DNA of 64,000 bases from a virus: IMG/VR virus record IMGVR_UViG_3300032397_000003, positions 91,574 to 155,573 of that record; one strand, given 5' to 3'. The notes below the pieces were generated by a model. That model made no database searches. It was not told the origin of the DNA and saw nothing but the letters and a program-made list of their open reading frames with translations. The translations under genes were made by a program, and so were the position numbers. Positions 57,250-64,000 of the stretch are shown piece by piece (the stretch's first letter is position 1; every line of letters starts with the position of its first letter).

Positions 57250-57261
57250 GGAGAAAAACAA

Positions 57262-57849
57262 ATGGACAATAAACAAGCTATACTTGAATTACTCAACTCA
57301 GTTAAAAGAAGAAACATGTATATACTTATCAAATGGATAGAGGAAGATACAGATTTCTTTACTGCTCCTGCTTCTTCAAAGTTTCATGGTAATTATAAAG
57401 GCGGATTAGCAGAACACTGTATGGATACATATCAATGTTTTTTACAGTTAATGGAAACACCTCAATTTAAGAAATATGATTTTCCAATGGAGTCAGTGAT
57501 TTTAATTACACTACTTCATGATATGTGTAAAACTAATTTCTATTTTGAGACTACAAGGAATTGGAAAAATCCTGACACAGGACAGTGGGAGCAAGTTCCT
57601 TATTATGAGATAGTAGATAGTCATCCTTATGGTCATGGCGAGTGCTCTGTGATGCTCATAAGTGATTATATTAAACTTACTACAGAAGAGAAGTATGCAA
57701 TACGTTGGCATCAAGGTGGTTTTGATAAACTTGTACAAGCAGGAGACTTTACTGTCAATAGGGTATTTGAAGTATCTCCTATCAGTGTTTGTTTGCATAT
57801 AGCTGATATGATGGCTACATATACTTGTAATAGAAAACAAGAAAAATAA
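57262..57849 (+). CDS. HD-domain phosphohydrolase
   Basis: TAPASSKFHG..GGLAEH, LLHDMCK, GHG, AIRWH, HIAD. Confidence 0.88.
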   Translation: MDNKQAILELLNSVKRRNMYILIKWIEEDTDFFTAPASSKFHGNYKGGLAEHCMDTYQCFLQLMETPQFKKYDFPMESVILITLLHDMCKTNFYFETTRNWKNPDTGQWEQVPYYEIVDSHPYGHGECSVMLISDYIKLTTEEKYAIRWHQGGFDKLVQAGDFTVNRVFEVSPISVCLHIADMMATYTCNRKQEK

Positions 57850-57930
57850 GGGGAAATAAAAAATGAATAAACCAATTAAGAAGCAAAGTTAAGTAAGAGG
57901 GATAAAGAAGCAAATATTATTACAGATATA

Positions 57931-58284
57931 GTGAATGAATCGTTGTGTTATGAATATGAATACGATAAAGAGGATAATTGGATTATATTTGGATTAGGTA
58001 TTATCTATAACTATAATAATAAGTGGTTTATATCCATTGATCACTCGGAATTAAATAATAGGATTGATAATATATCACTATTAGGAATAATGTATGAACT
58101 TACTCTACATAAAATTATAGTAAAACCTGATTTAGGTTATATATCAGTTTACAAAAATAAAAAACACAAAGGAATATTATTACAGCAGGATATATATGAT
58201 TATGCAAAAAATAATAATATTAGTGAGATGGAAGCTGAAAAGGCATTAAAGAAAATTTTTCTATCTAAACAAAAAACCCTCTAA
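57931..58284 (+). CDS. hypothetical protein
   Basis: ORF before the terminator; start uncertain. Confidence 0.45.
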   Translation: MNESLCYEYEYDKEDNWIIFGLGIIYNYNNKWFISIDHSELNNRIDNISLLGIMYELTLHKIIVKPDLGYISVYKNKKHKGILLQQDIYDYAKNNNISEMEAEKALKKIFLSKQKTL

Positions 58285-58301
58285 TTTCTTAGAGGGTTTT
58301 T
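58271..58301. terminator. bidirectional intrinsic terminator
   Basis: AAAAAACCCTCTAA-tttc-TTAGAGGGTTTTT between convergent genes. Confidence 0.88.
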
Positions 58302-58333
58302 CTTTATCTAAGTAAAACTATTTTCTTTAAATA

Positions 58334-59794
58334 TTAAAGTGAACCTAGCTGCATAAGTCTGCAAAACTTGCCATTAATGACACGAGAATCTTCGATGACG
58401 CAAGAATTTCCCTCAGTAACAAAGTTAGGGTATCTTAAGCTGGCATCTAATTCTGTCAACGTTCCGAAAAGGATACTCACATCCATGGCCTCCTGTGGAT
58501 TCTTGTATACAAGTAACATCTCGTTATTTGCTACAAGTGATGCATCTGCTGGACAAGTATAAACATCCATATCTGACAATGTACCAGACTGGTATACACC
58601 ATTCTTAACATCTCCAGTTACATCTTTCCAAAGGTCATGATTTTTCATATACTCAGTTGCTTTAGAACCTGCAACGATATCAGTAATACCACCCCTTTTG
58701 ATATCATCATAAATTACTGCTCCAACTCTTCCAATTTCAGTAAGAAGTCTTTGTGCATGTGATTTATAACTGATCTCACCAGCAGCCGCAAAGTCTGTAT
58801 CAAATGAAGCTACTGCATTTCCAAGTGCTACTCTTCTTGCTTGTGCAATTGCTCTATAGTCTTTTGCTCTTGCATGCTCTTGTCCAACTGCTTGTGCCAT
58901 ATAATCTTTAGCATCACCAAGACCAGTTGTCTCAAACATGATTTGAGTCATATCAGAAATTCTATATCCAAGAGGCATAGGACGTGCATTGAATCTAGTT
59001 TTCACAAGTTCAAGAGCCATAGTACCATAGTTAGAATAGTTTGTTGCATCTTCTGAGTTCCAGTTATATACACAAACGATAGCTGCTCCTACTGCTGGAC
59101 CACGACCTGCTAAGAAGTTAAGAGTAACAACACCAGTTGAATATACAACAGTGTTTGTAGCTGCAGGATCAAGTAAAGGACCAACAAGTGTTCCAGAACC
59201 ATTATCTACTGCTATTTGTGCACCAGCAACTGTAATTACAGTCTTAAAAGGAATAAGTGGAAGATATGCCATTGCTGCAGAAACGAATGTTATTGTACCT
59301 GCACCAGCACCTGTTCCAACTGCTCCATAATATTGCTCGCCAGAGTAATAAGGAGCTATACTTTCGTATGATCTTGCAGCTGCAACTCCACCTCTAAGAG
59401 ACTGCTCATAAGTCGCTTGGATGTAGAATAATGCATCATCAGTAGAAGTTAGAGGATACTCAGTAAAAATATCACCTCTTTTTGAATTAGCTGCTCCAAG
59501 GAAAACTGCTTTAAGCATATGTTCTGGTTTTACAGATGTTCCAAAAGTAGTAGAATAAAGATTTTCTCTCATGATCTGTTTTAGAACTTTTTCTTGGTTC
59601 TCAAGCATAATTGCTGCTTTACGAATTTTAGCAGGATTAGCTTGATAAGCTTTAAGCATTTCTGGTCCTACTAGGTCAGTTTTTGACCATTTGGATACAC
59701 ATGCTTCTCCCATTTTTGATTTAGAACTCCACTCTCTTTGAACGATTTCGTTCATTTGAGCTTCACTCAATTTTTCTTGTCTTCCGTGTTTCAT
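58334..59794 (-). CDS. major capsid protein (T4 gp23-like)
   Basis: AAIMLENQ, YPL..ALFY, ARPMPL, GVYQSGTL..VYTCP..MLLVYK; late motif upstream. Confidence 0.88.
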   Translation of the reverse strand: MKHGRQEKLSEAQMNEIVQREWSSKSKMGEACVSKWSKTDLVGPEMLKAYQANPAKIRKAAIMLENQEKVLKQIMRENLYSTTFGTSVKPEHMLKAVFLGAANSKRGDIFTEYPLTSTDDALFYIQATYEQSLRGGVAAARSYESIAPYYSGEQYYGAVGTGAGAGTITFVSAAMAYLPLIPFKTVITVAGAQIAVDNGSGTLVGPLLDPAATNTVVYSTGVVTLNFLAGRGPAVGAAIVCVYNWNSEDATNYSNYGTMALELVKTRFNARPMPLGYRISDMTQIMFETTGLGDAKDYMAQAVGQEHARAKDYRAIAQARRVALGNAVASFDTDFAAAGEISYKSHAQRLLTEIGRVGAVIYDDIKRGGITDIVAGSKATEYMKNHDLWKDVTGDVKNGVYQSGTLSDMDVYTCPADASLVANNEMLLVYKNPQEAMDVSILFGTLTELDASLRYPNFVTEGNSCVIEDSRVINGKFCRLMQLGSL

Positions 59795-59984
59795 AAGTAC
59801 TATTGTACCTCGTATAATTTTAAATTTGTGAGACTTTGTTAAAAATCTTTATAAAGTTTTTTAAGTCTATATTAAACTGTTTATTATTCAAACCCTTGTG
59901 AGTAATTTAGCTGGCTTTTTGTAGCACCTTATTTAATTTATGAGAAATAGCTTTAAGCTTCCTATGTGAATCTTTTTATATTAT

Positions 59985-59993
59985 TTATTAGTA
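59985..59993 (-). promoter_or_regulatory. late promoter motif for the major capsid gene
   Basis: TACTAATAA about 190 nt upstream of the ATG; second copy at 60041-60049. Confidence 0.65.
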
Positions 59994-60081
59994 AGAATAG
60001 ATTTAATAATATATTTTATTAAATCTATATTTTACTGTATTTATTAGTATAAATAGATTTTAAAACTATTTTAATTAAAAG

Positions 60082-60110
60082 TTTAATTATCTTTAATTTT
60101 TCTATATATT
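60082..60110 (+). promoter_or_regulatory. class II promoter driving the HNH gene
   Basis: TTTAAT-N17-TATATT. Confidence 0.7.
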
Positions 60111-60128
60111 TATAATAGGAGGTTATAG

Positions 60129-60821
60129 ATGGAAATATGTAATAAATGTAAAAAAGAACTAGATGAATCTAATTTTTATAAAGATAAATCTAGATCAAGA
60201 GGGTACAACTATACTTGTAAAATATGTATGAAAGATAAATATAAAATTGATGCTGCATCACTATCTATAAGTGATATTGAAAAAAGAAAACAAAAAGATA
60301 AAGAAAAATATCATCAAAATTTAGATAAATCTAGGGAGGATAATAGAAAAAGAAAAATAAAGTATAACATAAAACACACAGAAAAAATCAAAGAGGAAAA
60401 GGATAAAAAGAAAAAAATAAAAGAAGAAAAAAGAAAAACTAAAGAAGAAAAAAGAGAAGGAAATTCAAAATATAGACGAAATAGATTAAAAAATGATCCT
60501 TTATATAAATTGATTAATACTATTAGAAGTAGAATTACTATGGCAATTAAATGTCAATATGGGGAAAAACAAAATAAAACAATAGAACTTTTAGGTTGTA
60601 CAGTAGATGAATGTAGAAACCATCTTGAAAAACAATTTACAGAAGGGATGACTTGGGAAAATCATAGTCGATATGGTTGGCATATAAATCATATTATTCC
60701 TTGTAATGCATTTGATTTAACATGCCCATTGCAACAAAAGATATGTTTTCATTATACAAACTTACAACCTCTTTGGTGGAAGGATAATATATCTAAAGGA
60801 AAGAAGATAAAAAAGTCCTAA
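60129..60821 (+). mobile_element. free-standing HNH homing endonuclease
   Basis: N-terminal CNKC..CKIC; WHINHIIP..FHYTNLQPLW..DNISKG; inserted antisense within the head operon. Confidence 0.82.
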
Positions 60822-60842
60822 CCATTTCTGATTAGGACTTTT
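60811..60842. terminator. bidirectional intrinsic terminator
   Basis: AAAAGTCCTAA..TTAGGACTTTT. Confidence 0.82.
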
Positions 60843-60866
60843 CTTTAATAAAATAAAGGAGGATAC

Positions 60867-62918
60867 TTATATCTTAAATTTATAGTTTGTGAATTGTGAA
60901 GATTGTTCTTTTCTAGATTCTTTCAACTTGTGAATATCATTACCAAATTTAGTTTCAAACAAGGTAACTTTTTTAATTGCTTCTGCAATAGAACCTGATT
61001 TAAGAACCGCTTCTTTGATATCTCTGATAGATGGTTTAGCTTCTACTATTGCTTTATAATAAGCTACAACTTCTTTTACAGGGGCTTTAGATTCTTTTAC
61101 AGATTTTTTCTTAGCATCTACTTTAGCTTGAAGTCTTTTTGCTTCTTGTCTTTTCTTACGTCTAATAGCCTCTTTCTTTGCTGCTCTTACTGCTGCCATT
61201 TTATCATCAGCATTATCTTCAGAATCATCTTCTTTTTCATCATCTTCTTTATCGTCTTCTTCAGCTTCGTCTAGTTCTTCATCATCTTCGTCTTCATCAT
61301 CAGACTCGTCCATTTTTTCTTCTTCGTCATCTTCATCTTCGTCATCTGATTCTTCCATTTCTTCTTCGTCTTCGTCACTATCTTCAGAATCATCTTCCTC
61401 AGCTTCTTTTCTTTTTTTAGATTTAGATTTTTTAGATTCTTTTTTAGCTTCTTCTTTGTCATCTTCATCGTCTTTTTCTTCGTCTTCTTTTCCATCTTCA
61501 TCTGCTTCGAAGATATACTCATCATTTTCTACATCGTCATCAAAAAGACCACCATCTATATCAGCACCAGAAAGATCGTCTTCATCATCCATAATTTCAT
61601 CATCAAAATCATAATCAAAGTCTTCTTTAAGTATTTTTTCAAGCTCTTTAATATGTTTTTCGGCTACTTTAAGTGCCTTAGATTTTGTAGATGATTTTAA
61701 TTTCATTTTCTCCCTTTCTTCTTTAAATTTTGCAATGTCCTTTTCTCTCAACTCAGTGTCTTCTTCATACACTTTAAGATCAGAATCTCTCTTTTGAACT
61801 TCCTCTACAAGAACTTTAATATCAGCTTCCATAAGTTCCCTATCTTCTGAGAATTGTTTAAGATCAGCTTCCATCATTTTTACAGATTTAACAATATCTT
61901 TGTCATTAGCTTTTTCAACAATTTTAGATGCTTTATCAAGATTCTCTTTAAGTACTTTAATAGTCTCACAAGATGCTTCATATTTTTTAGATAGACTTTC
62001 AAGAGTTTCTTTTGATTCTTTTAATTCTTGTTTAGCATTATTTTTCTGCTCTTCAAGTGTATTTTGAATCTGTACAATCGTTGCTTCGACTTGAGCTTTT
62101 TGTTCTGCCATCTCAGGAATGATTGTTTCGGAAACTTCTTTAAGCCCTTTTATAGCTTCAACGCAGTTTTCATTAGCAATCGCTTCCTTGATGGTAGCTT
62201 TAATTTGATTCTTAATAGACAATTCCAAATATTTATCCATTTTTCCTTTTACCTCTACCATTTTAATTTTTTCTTCTACTTTATTAGTAATAATACTTTC
62301 TGAAATTTTATTTTCTTTTTGTACTATTGACTTTTCTTCTAAGTTTTCTTGAGTAGCAAATACTCCTTGAGAAGGTTTCATTACCCAGTCGGTTTGAGAA
62401 TATTCATAACTAGATGGATTAACCTCTTTACCTGCTAAAGGACCATCCTCGTTTAGCTCCCCGAAGCCTACGGTTGAGAAACCTGTTTTTCCACCTGCTT
62501 TAATCTTCTCTAATAAAAGATTCCCTGCTGCCCCTATACAATATAAATCAGCAGTAGATACTTCCTCTCCTATCTGAAAATTATGCCATACTCCTACTTG
62601 ATCGAGCACATCTCCGTCATCATCGGCATGGTTGGCCAACGAATCACTCCCTTCAAACATTCCTGATTTATGTACAGCTTCCCATAGTTCTTTGGAATAT
62701 ACTCTACCGTTAGCATTTTCGGTATAACGAGTAATAGGAACATTTTTAAGTATCCCTCTTGCTTCAAATTGTTTTCCTGATTTAGCTTCAGTAAACTTAT
62801 TATCCTTTGATGTAAATACAATAACATCTTCTGCTTTAGGAGAATAGGATACGCTCTCTATTAAAAGTTGTTTCCCTTTTGCTTTAGCTTGTTCTTGTAA
62901 TGTTTTATACTTGTTCAT
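60867..62918 (-). CDS. prohead protease (gp21-like) fused to acidic coiled-coil scaffold (gp22-like)
   Basis: NANGRVYS, LANH (His), GFSTVGFG (Ser), DWVMKPS; then coiled coil and a D/E tract with many (hydrophobic)xE sites. Confidence 0.85.
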   Translation of the reverse strand: MNKYKTLQEQAKAKGKQLLIESVSYSPKAEDVIVFTSKDNKFTEAKSGKQFEARGILKNVPITRYTENANGRVYSKELWEAVHKSGMFEGSDSLANHADDDGDVLDQVGVWHNFQIGEEVSTADLYCIGAAGNLLLEKIKAGGKTGFSTVGFGELNEDGPLAGKEVNPSSYEYSQTDWVMKPSQGVFATQENLEEKSIVQKENKISESIITNKVEEKIKMVEVKGKMDKYLELSIKNQIKATIKEAIANENCVEAIKGLKEVSETIIPEMAEQKAQVEATIVQIQNTLEEQKNNAKQELKESKETLESLSKKYEASCETIKVLKENLDKASKIVEKANDKDIVKSVKMMEADLKQFSEDRELMEADIKVLVEEVQKRDSDLKVYEEDTELREKDIAKFKEEREKMKLKSSTKSKALKVAEKHIKELEKILKEDFDYDFDDEIMDDEDDLSGADIDGGLFDDDVENDEYIFEADEDGKEDEEKDDEDDKEEAKKESKKSKSKKRKEAEEDDSEDSDEDEEEMEESDDEDEDDEEEKMDESDDEDEDDEELDEAEEDDKEDDEKEDDSEDNADDKMAAVRAAKKEAIRRKKRQEAKRLQAKVDAKKKSVKESKAPVKEVVAYYKAIVEAKPSIRDIKEAVLKSGSIAEAIKKVTLFETKFGNDIHKLKESRKEQSSQFTNYKFKI

Positions 62919-62927
62919 ATATTACCT

Positions 62928-63134
62928 TTAATTACCAATTTTTCCATCTTGTATTCGGCTAAGAGCTATACCATAAATATCTCCATTACCGAAGTCTACA
63001 TTAACCATATCTTTCATAACTTTTATTACTTTACCTTTTTTCTTATCAAGTAATGAGCCTTTGAAATCTCCTATAAGAGTATCACCAACTTTTATATCGT
63101 CTGCTTCTTCAAACTTTCTTTTATATCTTTTCAT
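62928..63134 (-). CDS. putative internal head protein (SH3/KOW-like)
   Basis: MKRYKRKFEE leader; IKVGD..KGKVIKV..VNVDF. Confidence 0.55.
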   Translation of the reverse strand: MKRYKRKFEEADDIKVGDTLIGDFKGSLLDKKKGKVIKVMKDMVNVDFGNGDIYGIALSRIQDGKIGN

Positions 63135-63403
63135 AATCCCTCTGTATCCTGTCCATAGTTTATTAGTTCATCCCCGATACTTGTGAATAAGTCCCCAATC
63201 GCTTTAAAGGCTTTTCGAGACCTTTTATCCTTTGAATTGTGCAAGCTTGTAAAAATATCAATCATACTCTTACGAGACTCCTCGTTGCCATAATCATTAT
63301 CCCTAAGTACTCCTAATAATTCGGTTACCTTGTCATCTAACCAATCAGGAGTAGTATCCTTATCATCTTCATCTTCACTGTAATATCTTATGTATCTATT
63401 CAT
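63131..63403 (-). CDS. putative prohead core / internal protein
   Basis: MNRYIRYYSE leader; in the head operon. Confidence 0.55.
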   Translation of the reverse strand: MNRYIRYYSEDEDDKDTTPDWLDDKVTELLGVLRDNDYGNEESRKSMIDIFTSLHNSKDKRSRKAFKAIGDLFTSIGDELINYGQDTEGL

Positions 63404-63412
63404 AATAAATAC

Positions 63413-63790
63413 CTATCTAAACGACCACTCTTTAGTTTCATAGTTATACAGTGATGTAAGTAATTCAGTACCATTTGAGCCCCCTGATTTATATTCAAAC
63501 CTAAAATCTAAAGTCATCCACCACGTAGGTTCCTTATCATTTATTGCAGAGTTAAAAGTCTTTAAAATAAAGCTGCTATAAATGTTTTTAAGTATACCAG
63601 TTAACTTAGTTAAATCCTTAGATTGCACGGATAAGTACTCTTTTCTAGAAGAAATTTTTGAAATAGATAGAGGTATACTCACACCTAATCTTTTTTTAAC
63701 TTCATTTTCTAAAGGTGTTAAATCTATCGTTGAAATTATTTGATCTAATAATTGATTATCTTCTTTAAACTTGCTCACATATCTTTTCAT
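63413..63790 (-). CDS. putative internal head protein
   Basis: MKRYVSKFKE leader. Confidence 0.55.
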   Translation of the reverse strand: MKRYVSKFKEDNQLLDQIISTIDLTPLENEVKKRLGVSIPLSISKISSRKEYLSVQSKDLTKLTGILKNIYSSFILKTFNSAINDKEPTWWMTLDFRFEYKSGGSNGTELLTSLYNYETKEWSFR

Positions 63791-63796
63791 TTTTAT

Positions 63797-63973
63797 TTAC
63801 CTATTTCTTAAATTATTTATAACTTGTTTTATTTCTTCTTCTGTTAGAAATCTTTGCATAGATTCGTAAAGTCCATCAGAGAATACAGAAATATTCTTAG
63901 ATTCATTATAAAACTTAATAAATTCTTCAAATATTTTTAAAGTACCTTCTTCTAATCTTTTATATCTTTTCAT
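63797..63973 (-). CDS. putative internal head protein (58 aa, not in ORF track)
   Basis: MKRYKRLEEGTLKIFEEF...LRNR*. Confidence 0.55.
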   Translation of the reverse strand: MKRYKRLEEGTLKIFEEFIKFYNESKNISVFSDGLYESMQRFLTEEEIKQVINNLRNR

Positions 63974-64000
63974 CTATTACACTCTATCCATAACATTTTT

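Noticed and set aside
61200-61620. TCA/TCT-rich low-complexity repeats
   Set aside because: Explained by the Asp/Glu tract of the scaffold protein
848-62827. Antisense or alternate-frame ORFs in the track (e.g. 848, 4215, 7871, 17820, 18420, 19317, 27534, 28471, 43894, 46419, 47594, 50556, 57511, 58368, 61178, 61271, 62028, 62594)
   Set aside because: They lie wholly or largely over well-supported genes, lack an RBS and have shadow-ORF composition
1-64000. CRISPR array, tRNA or rRNA genes
   Set aside because: No regularly spaced repeats and no convincing cloverleaf seen by eye (GGTTCGAAT near 9190 lies inside a fibre CDS); tRNAscan-SE would be needed to exclude tRNAs formally
1-64000. Stop-codon reassignment
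   Set aside because: Conserved genes are full length in the standard code, and TAA, TAG and TGA all end genes

Overview
AT-rich segment of a large lytic myovirus with T4-like virion architecture, probably infecting a diderm host because it encodes an outer-membrane beta-barrel and a lipoprotein. The minus strand carries the late structural genes: baseplate, two tail fibres, tape measure, tube and sheath (7.5-23.8 kb); neck and terminase (44-49.6 kb); major capsid protein, a protease-scaffold fusion and head-core proteins (58.3-64 kb). The plus strand carries early/middle genes (RuvC-like resolvase, DnaX, Mre11-like nuclease, RNA ligase, sigma factor, NAD-dependent DNA ligase, HD protein, HNH endonuclease) and a ~13 kb sugar-modification island (28.7-41.6 kb). 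Three recurring promoter-like motifs can be read directly from the sequence. Most notable observations: (1) about 13 otherwise unrelated proteins share an MKRY...(hydrophobic)xE N-terminal leader resembling the T4 capsid-targeting sequence, which suggests a large injected payload that includes an ADP-ribosyltransferase-like protein and four DUF4160-like paralogs, one broken by a 7-bp duplication; (2) a phage-encoded outer-membrane phospholipase A sits behind a late-promoter motif; (3) the glycosylation island has a structured RNA leader, a chimeric gene and an embedded late Ser/Thr-rich protein that may be the glycosylation target. All family assignments are by eye from motifs; no database search was run.
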